Below the pieces are notes generated by a model. It was not told where the DNA came from, searched no databases, and saw only the letters and a program-made list of their open reading frames with translations. The position numbers and the translations under genes were made by a program. From contig NC_042999.1 of the NCBI RefSeq assembly GCF_006345805.1, positions 39,308,001-39,372,000 of the forward strand: DNA of 64,000 bases, written 5' to 3'. The stretch comes from Octopus sinensis. Taxonomy: Eukaryota. Positions 40,782 to 53,650 of the stretch are shown in pieces; position 1 is the stretch's first letter; each line of letters starts with the position of its first letter.

Positions 40782-40980
40782 TAGTGAGTAAAAATCTTGA
40801 GAAGTACATGGAGCAAATAAGGGCAACAATAAGGGTTGGGCACTTGCAGAAAACAACACTGCTTGGAACCGATCGAATAATCCGGAAGTTGCTCGAAAAA
40901 TAAGGTGTGTTACCTTAGTTCACTGGTAGTGAACAGCTGGCACCGTAATGCATCTCCACCATTAGAATGTGCGCAAAGGC
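40779..40980 (+). mobile_element. Extreme 3' end of an R4/Dong-type LINE within (TAA)n
   Basis: KNLEKYMEQIRATIRVGHLQKTTLLGTDRIIRKLLEK* (typical C-terminus of these elements) plus short 3' UTR; pure (AAT)n on both sides. Confidence 0.8.
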
Positions 40981-41039
<59 letters not shown>

Positions 41040-41044
41040 TGATG

Positions 41045-41083
<39 letters not shown>

Positions 41084-41104
41084 TAATAATAATAATAATA
41101 ATAA

Positions 41105-41660
41105 ATGCCCTGATGCAGTACCAGGCGGTGGCTCTCATGGCTTCTGATCTTAACTGATTGGAAGTGTTATCATGTACATTGTTTTGTCTTGGTATAAAAG
41201 ATGGGCTACAGCAAATATTCTGCTCAATACCACAGATTTGCTTGTCAGTTGTTTGACCTTAACCAGTTGAGCATGTCCCTTAGTGGCTGACAATATGTGC
41301 ATCTCTGATCACGAGCAGGAGTAGTGGGGGAGCATCATAGCCATGTGCTGAGAGGGATTCTTTGGGGTTTGAATAGTTCATCTCTGGAAACATGGGTGGT
41401 TCTTTCAACATCCTTAAACAACCCTTATTCAGGGACCGTTTGAGCGGGATGGGCTACTCAACCTGAAGAAAATTCTAATTGAGCCCCACCTGCAAGGTCA
41501 TGTGCTTTTTATCTTGATATGAGATCACCATGTCGCGCACATATGGTTGTGATGCATGTGCCTGGTGTACCTTTATCAGACGGGTAGTCATGATGTGTAT
41601 ATTGGGCTTCGTATAATTTACCCCAGTGTCACTATGATGGCATGAACTGCTCTCTCACTC
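41105..41660. mobile_element. Unclassified approx. 555-bp non-coding element embedded in (TAA)n
   Basis: Complex, GC-richer sequence with sharp borders against (AAT)n on both sides; no ORF or tRNA head seen. Confidence 0.55.
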
Positions 41661-41699
41661 AATAATAATAATAATAATAATAAAGAGAAAACCTATAAG

Positions 41700-41904
41700 A
41701 ATAACAAGAAAAAGACGAAGAGCAAGAAGGAAAAAAGAAGAAGAAAAAGAAGAAGAAGAAGAAGAAGAAGAAGAAGAGGAGGAGGAGAAGAAGAAGAAGA
41801 AGAAGAAGAAGAAGAAGAAGAAGAGAAGAAGAGAAGAAGAAGAAGAAGAAGAAGAAGAAGAAGAAGAAGAAGAAGAAGAAAAGAAGAAGAAGAAGAAGAA
41901 GAAG

Positions 41905-41936
<32 letters not shown>

Positions 41937-41945
41937 GAAGAAGAG
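41700..41945. repeat. (GAA)n purine tract
   Basis: Directly visible. Confidence 0.95.
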
Positions 41946-42099
41946 TGTTATGCGCTGAATAACACATGGATGTGCTACACAAGGCTCCCCATTCAAAACA
42001 AGTCTAATCTAATAACAGTTTTTTTTTAATTTTCGAACTAACACAGACGGTGTGAAAAATTCATAAGTTCAAAAACACGACAAAAAATATGTCCGGAGA

Positions 42100-43920
42100 T
42101 AAACAAAAAAAAGATACAGACGAATACAGATCTGTTATCCTTAAGAAGCTACGTTACGAGCAATGATTAGAGAACTCGGAGAAGGTGTTGTCTCAAAAAA
42201 TTAACTCTAAACAGACAGGTCCATCTCCTGATGTCAACGTCCAAGCGCTTCATGCCTCAATGATAACAAAGGAAAAATATAAACCGGGTTGGTCATCAAC
42301 TGGAACACCAAGGGCCACATGCACGAATGATGAACCAGATTCTATTTGGGAAATCAACTACTGGTTCAAATTTTCACGAAACACAGGAGCTGGAAGTAAT
42401 CCGCAACCAGAATATTCCAACAGATGGCCATCAATGCTCGTCATGAAATAACCAAATGAAAAACAATGATAAATGGTCTAGGGGAGATAACAAATAAGTT
42501 CTTACGGCCTTCTACCAGGTCATATATATTCCCACAAATAAATCTAATACTGAACAAACCTACTTAAACTGGGGACCCTACAGAGAAACAAATTTGCCAA
42601 CATCAGAAGAAATATTATGAAAAAGAAATTGCAAATGAATTAGAGATTGCCCAATTAAACCATGTAATAATATCTGGGAGCAAAAGATTTCCCACATTCA
42701 CAGTGCCGAGTAGATTCATTTTGTGTGATCCGAAATCCATCAACCTGAGTCTCCAAGGCAGGATCATGTACGCATAAATACGGAAGATGTACTTGCACAG
42801 CTATCGAAATATATCAAACTGACGAGTGAGAAGTTTAAATCGAAACAAAGGCTACTGGATCAAGTGGTTTAAGTCCACACGCAAATGGAATCGGTTTGCA
42901 ATTAGACAATTGCCAACAGATTGGTGCTGTTTGGAATACATTATTGACAGAAAGACAAAATTGTTGATGAGAGATCGGTCAAAGGCCAATGGTATTGGCA
43001 ATTACCGACCCGTTGCCCGTCTAAACATCCTGGCAAGAAAATGTTAACAGCCGTCCGCACAGGAAAAATATATACGCTCCTTGCGGAAAACAATCCACTT
43101 ACAATAGCATAAAATGGGTGCTAAAAAGGAGCACCTTGCCCCAAGGACCATCTTATATCAGACAAGTTCATAAAGAAAAACTGCGAAGTTTGCCAAAACA
43201 ACTTGTGCGTGGCCTGGATAGACTCTTAAAAGTCTCACGGCATGTTCCGTTTGAAACGGTGAAAAGAGAAGATTGTAGGGGTATGGAACGGCCAAAGAGA
43301 AAGCGAATAGGAGAGCCGGATGGTGATGGGTAAAAACTCAGGCGATGCGACCTTGCAACTGTGGGTTGTTTTTCTAGTCCGCACTAGTTCATCCATTCTT
43401 AAATAGATATTAGCTGATATTTATCATCTCGATCGCTCTACTCGAAAGATGACAATGCATGGTGTTCTCTACCATAAGGTGAGGGTACATAGGCTGTAGT
43501 CCAGCTGTAGAGGTGGACATGGTTTGATTAACGTACGACAGTGAATCGACAATTAAAGAAGAAACACTACTCAGTATTTTGTAAACAGCGAAAAAGACCG
43601 TCCACGACATGCTGTTAATGCAGGAAGGTTTGCCAATAATGAAGTTGAATGTGATAATGAACTCCAATCACGAATAGCTAACGAGAGGGAAGAAACACCA
43701 CTCCGGATCAACTTACATGGTCAGCTTCACCGGGAAACTCAGAACTTACAAGACCAGGAGTCCTCAAGGATGTGGCTCAGCAAAAGTAATATTGAAAAAA
43801 AGACCCAATGATCGCTACTCAGCCCCAGACATTACACACCAGCTCATTGAAAAGGGATATATACCACACAATATACATAGAAATCTGGAGCAATCCAATC
43901 TCCGAGGATATTAAAAAATT
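42100..43920 (+). mobile_element. Highly degenerate R4/Dong-type LINE
   Basis: GNYRPVARLNIL, NNLCVAWID and LHGQLHRET remnants in broken frames. Confidence 0.6.
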
Positions 43921-44912
43921 TCCGTCTCTCCAGCCACCCACAATAATGTTGGATGGCACGGCCCAGCTTCTGCAGACTCCGAGTTGTAGGTACAACTGCA
44001 CCCAGTTGAAATTCCCTCTTGCCTCTGCCTCGTATTGCCTTAGACCAATTCCAAATGTATAGATAACGATTAAACCACGTGAGCAGTAGTCAGTCGTGTT
44101 ATTAGTCATTTCTTGTAACATGTTATACATCGGTCAACATCTGTTTTGAAACAAAATTAAACGTGTTTATTTTGTAACAGAGTGTTACGATATCACCTTA
44201 CATTCGTGTCCACTCCGAGAGCATGCGCATATATAATCAGCTTAAACTACAAGATAACAGATAATGTTAGCTCTGCAGCAAATCAAATTTTATATTTATT
44301 AACAATGCCTGCTGCCAAAATACTTTGCGTCATGGGTTTTATTAGTAAAGATTCGCATTACGTAGGTCGAATTAAACAGGGAAACAATAAAATAGTTTTG
44401 AAATTTGGCATCAATTCGTGAAGCATTTTTAAAACGTAATTAAAAAGCAATGTTTCCGATGTTCTGTTTTAGAATACTGATGAGAATTTCGCGTTGTTTC
44501 TACAGGACCTATATTACTGAGTATCAGTAAAAACTGATAAATCGTCATATCTGATCCAAGTTCCCTTTCATACTGAGCACAAAATTACGATAATGTGCAT
44601 AGTACAAAGAAAACACTTTAAATATGGTGGTTGAACAGACATAAACGAACGGTTTTAATATATGCCATTGAATGATATACATCAGTGTTAAATAAACAAG
44701 CAAACTACAAAATCGAAAAAACATATTTGAGACGATGGAATCTTTAGTGAAATTTTAAATAATCATCGTTGTTTCGGCGTTTGGTATGGTTATAATTTTA
44801 GTACAACAAGGATTGTTAAGAGAACGGGGATGATATTTTTTGAAAATAAATATTAAGGCTCCATATGTATCCACGATTATCTGTTTTAAATTAAAATCAT
44901 TATAATAATATG

Positions 44913-44965
<53 letters not shown>

Positions 44966-45148
44966 ACATTGATATATGCTTCGTAATAAATTCGCGGAAA
45001 GGGTAACGAGCATGCTTATGTTTCAAGGCATTTTCATATTAATTAGAAATATATAAACCAATATGTTTCGAAGGAGCAATTCAAACTATGTCATCAACTC
45101 AATGGCCTAGAAGAATAAAACTTGTATTTTATTCTATTGCACACGTAA

Positions 45149-45375
45149 TTTAGGGATAAATGAAGGCTCTGGTATTCAGCATGCAAGCATGAAAGAGAAA
45201 ATCAGGAAGGAATGTTATAGGAGAGTTCGTGCAGTCCTGAAATCTGAACTAAATGCACGTAACAAGGTGTTAGCTATAAATTCCTTAGCAGTTCCAGTTG
45301 TTACTTATAGCTACAATGTGTTGAACTGGTATATGAGTGAAGTAAAGAATATAGATAGGAAAATACGGAAGCTGA
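45149..45375 (+). mobile_element. Internal R4/Dong fragment (post-RT region)
   Basis: LGINEGSGIQHASMKEKIRKECYRRVRAVLKSELNARNKVLAINSLAVPVVTYS, stop-free. Confidence 0.85.
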
Positions 45376-45716
45376 GTAATTGAGGATTGCGTCGTACCAA
45401 TTTTGCAGAAGTAAGATGCAATCCTACAAAGATACAGATTAAAAGTAAATAATTATAATATATCTATTGATTCAAATTATGCGGTTTTAGCGTGTGGCCA
45501 CTAGCATTAATATATGCCATGAGTATTGGCGTTCTTTCTACAGAAAAACACAGATATAATATTAAAATAGAAACCACAAATCTTCCAAATACAGCTATCA
45601 ATTTATCAGACTGCAAAATCGAAAAAAACATATTTGAGACGATGGAATCTTTAGTGAAATTTTAAATAATCATCGTTGTTTCGGCGTTTGGTATGGTTAT
45701 AATTTTAGTACAACAA
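45374..45716 (+). repeat. Two abutting duplicated segments: copy of 36862-37516 lacking the SINE, then copy of 44708-44809
   Basis: Direct sequence comparison; the second segment is identical apart from one extra A. Confidence 0.9.
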
Positions 45717-47262
45717 TGGACATCTATCGAGACCCTTCGACATCGCACGTTCGGTCCGTCAGGGATGCCCCCTCTCGGCGCTTCTATACGTATTGACTCT
45801 CGAGCCATTATTGCGGAAGCTGGCAACCTTGAGAGGCATCCCGCGAGAACTGGGATGCGGGACGAGCGTGTCTGCATACGCGGACGACGTCACCGTCATA
45901 GTGTCTAGCCACGAGCACATCGAGCAGGTCGGCGAGACACTGAAAAACTACGAAGCGGTGACAGGAGCGAAAATCAACCGGGAAAAGTCAGTGGGCTTGC
46001 GACTAGGCACCTGGAGAAGCAAGCCCATGCCGTCCACCAGCGCCTCCGTCGTGGGACGCTGGACCGACGGCCCGGTTGAGTTGCTCGGGGTCTGGTTTGG
46101 TCCGGACCTCCAAGTGGAGAAGAACTGGAACGAGATAACGAGTAGGGTGGTCACTCTCGCCCGGCAATGGGCCGAGAGGAAACTGTCCCTAAAAGGTCGG
46201 GCGGAGGTGGCGAACACGTACATCGCGTCCGTCATCTACTACCGCCTGACCGTCGTACCTTGTCCCGACCCTACCATCACCAAACTACAACGCATTCTCT
46301 TTCGCTTCTTGTGGAAAGGATGCGTCCCGATGGTCAGGCGATCCATTTGCTGTCAACACCCGTTAAAAGGAGGGCTAGGCATGCCGTGGATGATGATGCG
46401 CAGACACGCGCTGAGACTGCGACATCTCTGGCTCTATGTAGACGACGGTGAACAGGCGTGGTCGCCGTTTGTGAGGCACGCTTTCCCGCAGCTCGTCTCC
46501 ATGACCGAACTGCAGTCGTGGATCAAAAAGAGGCCGAAGAAGGGCGAATGGCACCGCGAGTGTCGCGTTGCTCTCAAGCAACTCTGCCGTCCTGGGTCGA
46601 CCTTGAGTGACTTCAACACAACCAAAGCATTCTATAGGGGTTTAGTGGAGGGGAGGTACGACGACGAGCTCGGGGCGAACCTGGACGTCGACGAGGAGTA
46701 CCTGACCCGCCTGTTCAGGACGACTTTCGGGCCAGGGCCCATGGACAACTTCCAGAGATCCCTGGCCTGGCAGTGCTACCGAGAAGCGCTACCCGTTCGG
46801 GATAAGCTCTACAGACACGGCTCGAGAAACACGGGGCCGACCTGCCCGAGATGCTGTCAGAGCGACGAAACCGTTCTGCACGCACTCGTGCAGTGTCCAA
46901 CACTTTCCGACCTGTGGGCTTATGTCGAACAACTGCTGTCCCGTGTGGGACGAGTCGGTTTATCAGCTGAGTCTATCGTTAATATTGTCACGCCTCCCTC
47001 CTTCAAACGGGAAGGAAGAGCTATTTTCATCATCCTTGTGGCTATGGCGAAAGAATGTATCTGGTGGACGCGTCTGAAAGGATTGGAGACAAACACTTTC
47101 CTCTCTGGTCAATCTCTCATCAACTTCTTCAAGTACCACTTGAAAAGGAAAGTGAGAGTAGAGAGGCAAGTTTTGTCTAGCGAATGTTTTAAAAAAAGAT
47201 GGGTGAATGTAGCAAGAATGGCACGTATGAATGACGAAGCCACCTTGAGCATGATCCTATGA
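45715..47262 (+). CDS. ORF2 C-terminal half: RT plus zinc-binding domain (truncated)
   Basis: Open frame from NGHLSRPFDIARSVRQGCPLS through AYADDV, LLGVW and CPRCCQSDETVLHALVQC to the stop. Confidence 0.9.
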   Translation, partial: NGHLSRPFDIARSVRQGCPLSALLYVLTLEPLLRKLATLRGIPRELGCGTSVSAYADDVTVIVSSHEHIEQVGETLKNYEAVTGAKINREKSVGLRLGTWRSKPMPSTSASVVGRWTDGPVELLGVWFGPDLQVEKNWNEITSRVVTLARQWAERKLSLKGRAEVANTYIASVIYYRLTVVPCPDPTITKLQRILFRFLWKGCVPMVRRSICCQHPLKGGLGMPWMMMRRHALRLRHLWLYVDDGEQAWSPFVRHAFPQLVSMTELQSWIKKRPKKGEWHRECRVALKQLCRPGSTLSDFNTTKAFYRGLVEGRYDDELGANLDVDEEYLTRLFRTTFGPGPMDNFQRSLAWQCYREALPVRDKLYRHGSRNTGPTCPRCCQSDETVLHALVQCPTLSDLWAYVEQLLSRVGRVGLSAESIVNIVTPPSFKREGRAIFIILVAMAKECIWWTRLKGLETNTFLSGQSLINFFKYHLKRKVRVERQVLSSECFKKRWVNVARMARMNDEATLSMIL

Positions 47263-47660
47263 ACCCAGAAATTGAAAACAGAGAGTTGCTTATTTGCAAA
47301 AAAAAAAAAAAAAGAAATATAACATGTGACTCCATTGACCGAGGTTACCGTGGTCTTTTCCGTATGCTTTTCTTTCCACGGGTAAACCTCACCTGTCCTC
47401 CCCTTTACACTTCATATTGACATTTCCGTGATAACGATCCCTATTGATCAATTTTTTTTTTCTCTTTTTCTTCTTCCTCTTCCCCCTTTTTTTAACCCCC
47501 CTTTTTTTGTCCTCTTTCTCTCCTTTTACGATCCCTTTTGATCGAAACTCCCCCTTCCTATTTTTTATTTATTTATTATTTTTTTTAAACCTTCAAAAGA
47601 AAAGCTCTACCTTGTAATTTGTTCTATCTGTGTGCAGCCCTCTGTGGCTAATAAAGAAAC
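45715..47660 (+). mobile_element. Young 5'-truncated L1/Tx1-clade LINE
   Basis: GC-rich, sharp 5' truncation, pyrimidine-rich 3' UTR ending GTGGCTAATAAAGAAAC followed by an ATCT-like tail. Confidence 0.92.
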
Positions 47661-47743
47661 TTATCTATCTGTCTATCTATGAATTAGCCTGAGTGTCTAT
47701 ATGTATAAATCATAAACTATTATTACATATTTTATATACATAC

Positions 47744-47782
<39 letters not shown>

Positions 47783-48744
47783 GTGCGTGTGTGTGCGTGT
47801 TTGTGTGTGCGTGCGTGTTTGTGCGTGCGTGTGTGTGTGTGTTCGCGTGCATTTGTATGAGAATCATTTTCGATAACAATACATACATAGTGCACGAAAT
47901 TAGCCACCAATCTTTCAAGAAATGTACATTACAAGCAAATTCAGGTAATTTTGTTACGTTACAGAAGTTTGTTTTTACTTTTATAAATATTTATTTAAAA
48001 TAATTGTCGTTGCAATGGTTAACTACACAAACAAGTGGAATTGTACAGTAGATGCTTTTCTCTTCAAAGTTTGTTCATTTACTGATCTTTATATATGCTG
48101 TATTAGTCAGACCTATCACTAGCATTTTGAAGTCTGTGATAAGATTTCAGAAAGAAATTATAAAATTATAAAGGCATGATCTTTATGAAAAATTGGACTG
48201 TGATTTGCATTGTAGAATTACTAAATCACAATATTCTTTATAAATGTCGCTCAACATTACTTGAAACGCAATTGCGTCAGTCGCTGTATAGAGTGTTTAT
48301 TCTTTCTTAGAGTATGCACGAAATTCACTTAATCATTTTGTTTATACCAAAGTAATATTATCTTCCTCTACAATCAAATGTCAACAGACAAGATTTCCTG
48401 TTTCGGGAAACTATTCGTAAATTAAATAGAAACTTGAAATAAAATCGTGCATAGTTGGAATGGATCAGTTATTCTAACATATATTTCAATTACCATCCGT
48501 GTTATTTTACACATCGTGATAGGATGTTATATTCGAAACTTACAGAATACGTATCGTGAACGTTCCCGATATGTAACAAAAATAAGTATTTACACGACAC
48601 ATTGATTCCGGACGAATTACTGTTATTTACAGGAAAGATGCCAGAACACTCGTGAGTACGAAACATCTGTGTTTTTCGTTCACAACTTTGACCTTCCGTA
48701 AATTCTAAATCGTATTTTAGAATTTATAGCTGCTACTGTGTTTC

Positions 48745-48935
48745 AAGACTCATATTGTTGTTGAATGCTCAAAATGAGGAGTAGATAGACAGCTGACAAC
48801 TGATGAAGGGGCGTTTCTCTGTGTTTACTTGTCATGATTTCCAATTTCACCTCTTGCTGTTTACGTATTTAACTCGTATTTCTACGTATATCAAGTTTGT
48901 TTACACAGTTGGTGACGTGCTGTAAACATATATGC

Positions 48936-49016
<81 letters not shown>

Positions 49017-50095
49017 CATACATACATATATACACATATATATATACATATATACATATATATTATTTATCATCATTATTTAATTGAACGCCACGCATTA
49101 GTTTCCAGTATGTTATCTTCATGCGACTCTATACTGTTTCCTTCCGTCATCTTTCTCTAATCCCCTTTTCTCCCGCTCCCTCTTTCACCCTTTTCTAGCT
49201 CTCTCTCTCTCTCTCTCTCTGCCCCTCTTTCTCTCTCTCTCTCTCGTTGCTCACACGTGACCATCGTCCTTTATTCCTTTCCTCATGCTGCTATTTTTCT
49301 TTTCCTGCACGGACGTTCAAACGACTGGACATGTTTTCTCTCCCTTCTATCTCTTTTACTCTTTTACTCTTTTACTTGTTTCAGTCATTTGACTGCGGCC
49401 ATGCTGGAGCACCGCCTTTAGTCGAGCAAATCGACCCCGGGACTTATTCTTTGTAAGCCCAGTACTTATTCTATCGTTCTCTTTTGCCGAACCGCTAAGT
49501 TACGGGGACGTAAACACACCAGCATCGGTTGTCAGGCAATGCTAGGGGGACAAACACAGACACACAAACATATGCACACACACTTATATATATATATATA
49601 CATATATACGACAGGCTTCTTTCAGTTTCCGTCTACCAAATCCACTCACAAGGAATTGGTCGGCCCGGGGCTATAGCAGAAGACACTTGCCCAAGATGCC
49701 ACGCAGTGGGATTGAACCCGGAACCATGTGGTTGGTTAAAATAATATTTCTCCCAGGGTTCACTATTTTTCACTCGTTCTGCTCTTATGACACTGCATGT
49801 TTTGTTTTCGTTCGGTTTCCTTTTATGTCCCGTTTTTGTTGCCTCATTTGACCCGACATAAATCATAAATTTTATTTAGAATTTATGAGCAAATCTTTTG
49901 AAGACTCATATTGTCATTGAATGATCGAAATGAGGAGTAGATAGACAGCCGACAGCTGATGAAGGATCGTTTCTTTGTGCTTACTTGTTCTGGTCTCCAT
50001 TTTGTCTCACGTTGTTTACGAATTTAACTCATTTTTCTACGTATTTCCATTTGTTTACACAGTTGGTGACGTCCTGTACCTATATATGCATATAT
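48745..50095 (+). repeat. Pair of diverged approx. 195-bp direct repeats (48745-48940, 49901-50095)
   Basis: Shared AAGACTCATATTGT, GAGGAGTAGATAGACAGC, CTGATGAAGG and TTTGTTTACACAGTTGGTGACGT. Confidence 0.8.
49351..49738 (-). mobile_element. SINE family C, slightly 5'-truncated
   Basis: Homologous to 36903-37316; tandem CTCTTTTA-like tail. Confidence 0.9.
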
Positions 50096-52798
50096 ATTAT
50101 TTTTCATTATATATAATATATATATATATATATATACATATGCATATATGTATATTATTCTTTATTATATATAGGTGTGTGGGGTGTATGTGTAACGCAA
50201 AGGAAATAAAGATATCTTACGACCCAATCTAGTGAGATCTTGACTTGATACCCGGCCTCCAAAGGTAGTACTATACATTTCGAATCCCTTCTAATAAACA
50301 ACTAAACTCTACTCCCTTCGAATAGTAAATACTGAGTTCGCTTCAATGTAATTTATGTAGAATATACCGTATGTTACAAAGATGTAATGATGAGAAATGT
50401 AGAGTTATATCAACATTTTAAAATGTATTTATTGGAAATTGTTTCCTGCACTTTACTCTCCGACATCTGTTTCTGCAGAATAACTTTCTTAGTCTCTTTT
50501 GGTGTAATAGTTTCGACATTCATATATATTAAATCGTCGTAAATAATTTGATTCATTCTCTGCCTGAACACGTTACATTATGTACTGTGAAAAAAAAAAC
50601 TTGGTACGCTTTATTCAACACTTCATTGTTTCTATCAATACACCACATAGAGAATAGACATGATTATACCGTATCGTTCGCTCGAAGTTGCGAAATAGTA
50701 ATGGGTAGCTAAAAAAATATATATTTAAAATCTCTTATTTTATACTCTTAGACGTGGAAAGCCAAACCAGTTTCTTGAATTATATTAGTGTTATGAATAA
50801 CAAATTCAGTTCAGTTATTAAATTAATTCTAACGTTTATAGCTACGAGAAGAAAACAGCTAGCCATAATTTCCTTTCACCTTTAAGTGAATTGCCCAATT
50901 ATTCATGCAACCACTTTAAATTGATTAATATATTCAAATATCTACGGAATTGTTATACCATTATTATTTAGATGAAGTAAAACTCTTAAGGATATACCAA
51001 TGTCCTAAATCAGACCTCATTCAAAATACGCTCATTATAGATTTGAATTTATTCAACGTATATTAGAATTATTTAAAAAGTTCTAATATGAAAACACTTC
51101 GGAGAACAATTGACTGGATCCGTGATGTTATTTAAATTGTCTTCAGTTTGAGTATATTATCGAATCATGTAAATATTTGGCTAAAAATGGAATTTGTTAA
51201 AACAGATATTACCTTAAAACCCACTGACAAAGAATACAAAATATTTTATAATAGATTTTCAGGAATTCATAATCATGAATGCTCTCCAATTTTAGGAAAA
51301 ATTCTCTTGCGTAACTGCATTCCCCACTTTTGAATTTCCGTGTTGGTGTGTATTAAAGACTTGTAATAATTGAATACTTTCTGTAAAATATATATCATTT
51401 CCGATATTTGTTGAAAGTCATGTTAAATCGAAGCTGAATTTTAGTGCTAATGTAAATTTGTTCGGAGTGAAACAATAACAATATCAAGACAAATATATAG
51501 TTTCCTAACAACTAACTGCTATCTGAACTAAAATTCTATAAATATAAACCAATTAATTGCAAACGTAAACTAACTTTTATTCTCCTACATTTATCAGGTA
51601 ATGTATTCGAAGTAATTTTGAACTTTATAATATATTTCAAGTCATTCAAATATTTATTTACGATTTATGTACAGAGATATTTCCTTCCTTGATGGGATAC
51701 ATTGATTTCATAAACATCTATCAAATACTTATTTGATCAAACTAAAAGGGAATATATAAATAATGTCAATTGATTTAAGTTTTGAATTCAAATACAGTAC
51801 TCTATGAAAGTCGTAACATCACAAATCTAGTATTATTTCAATCTGGTGTGATATATTCTCCATCATCTATCCATCTATCATCGATTTCTTTCCAAATATT
51901 GTCGTGGTTTAAATTATGATACTGTAACTTGTTGGCTAATGTTATAAAATTCCTACACGTTAAAGTCGAAAAAAGGTTACTCCTAACGATAAACAGCACA
52001 CCGGCGTAACATATGTATGTACGAGAGTACATATATACTCTCATACATATATACATACATACATATATGCATACATACAAACATACATCGACGTACATGC
52101 ATGCATACATACATGGTTTAGGGTTTGGTTTGCTCCTGATTATTATCTGAATATAATGACTTAATCCAAATTTTAGTTTATGCATTATACTTGTTCTTTA
52201 TCTGAAGAGTTACTAATAGGAAATTCTTTCTACATCAGCACATGATAATTTCTGAAATTGTTCTTCGATTCAAGTACGCCTAGCCGACGTAGAGCTATAA
52301 CTGCTTCAAATGTTTCTAGTTTAGCGCTTCTTCTCATTTTAAGTTACTCATATCGTTCTTATATTTTAATTCTCCCTAAGAAAGTTATATATCCCTTGGT
52401 ACTTGTCACGCAGATTCTTTTCGTTGATACAATAATCTGTTCCACACCATTTATGTGATAACAATTTTCGTACGTTACGTTATATCAATGAATTACATTT
52501 CATTCGTAAAATATATCGTTTGCATAGTTTCCAGTGTGCTGTTGTTGCTGGTATCAAAGTATGTGTAGTAGAAGTTTCTGCCTCGTTTGAAGCACTTATA
52601 CTGCCAATAAATTTTCTATTTCATCCATGTGAAAACATGGCCTTGCTTCCATTTCTTGAATTTTAGTAATGGTGCTGTGAGTTGCATATCTTTTTCCACT
52701 ACTATAGCATGCACTTTTGATAGCGTTTACCGACCCCGATTTTCTTGTTTAGTTATTAAAAAAAGGCTTATATGTGGCACCTACAGAGGTGAACGTAG

Positions 52799-52871
<73 letters not shown>

Positions 52872-52949
52872 AAGAAAACATATTAAATAATGCTATACAT
52901 CACTATTGCTTACCAGTAAAACAAAGCACCATCTTGTTCAAATATAAAT

Positions 52950-53650
52950 ATGATAGCGGTACAACAATGCATTAAAATTTAGGGACATTTGATATTTTTC
53001 TAGGTGAATCTAGCCGAAGAGAACTAATCAAATTTATGTTGAAAACGTAATTTGGCAAGTTTGAAACCTAGGTCCTAGATTATCCACATCTCGGTTATTC
53101 ATCAATTTAATGTTCTTCCTACAGGTAAGATGGAATTTTTTATGTTTGCCGTCCGCAAAAATGTTTGCCACTATATTTATATAGTAAAGCATTACTATAG
53201 TGTTGTACATTATAGACTGCTATTTCCTGTAAATTTGGTGCATTGTTCTACCACTATATTATTTATACTACTGTATTGCAGTATTTAGTATTTTTTTCAT
53301 TGCAAACTTTTTCACTGTTCTCGGTCTGTTAACGGCTAGGCGTTTCAGACGAGTAAATACTGGAAATTGTCGTAGCGACATTTGAGATTTTGTCTAGGTC
53401 AATCAAGCCGATAGGAACTAATCAAATTTACGTAAAGAAACGTATGGAAAGTTCGACACCTACCTCTTAGATTATCCACACCTGGGTTATACATTTATTT
53501 AATTACTTTCCAACAAGTAAGATGATATTTTTCATGTTCGCCGCCCGCAAACATTTTTGCCAGTATATTCATAGTGAAGCTTTACTACAGCGTCGCATGC
53601 TATAGATTGCTATTCCAGTAAATTTTCGTATATTGTTGTACCACTATCTT
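52950..53650. repeat. Two diverged tandem approx. 260-310-bp units, first with approx. 30-bp TIRs (MITE-like)
   Basis: 52995-53258 resembles 53388-53650; GATAGCGGTACAACAATGCA..AAATTTA at 52951 is complementary to the unit ends. Confidence 0.55.

Noticed and set aside
44471-44505. CTGATGAGAATTTCGCGTTG hammerhead-like motif.
   Set aside because: GAAA is missing; at most a dead remnant.
48760-49970. Type II hammerhead in the 195-bp repeats (GAAA upstream of CTGATGA).
   Set aside because: No stem I or convincing stem III can be paired.
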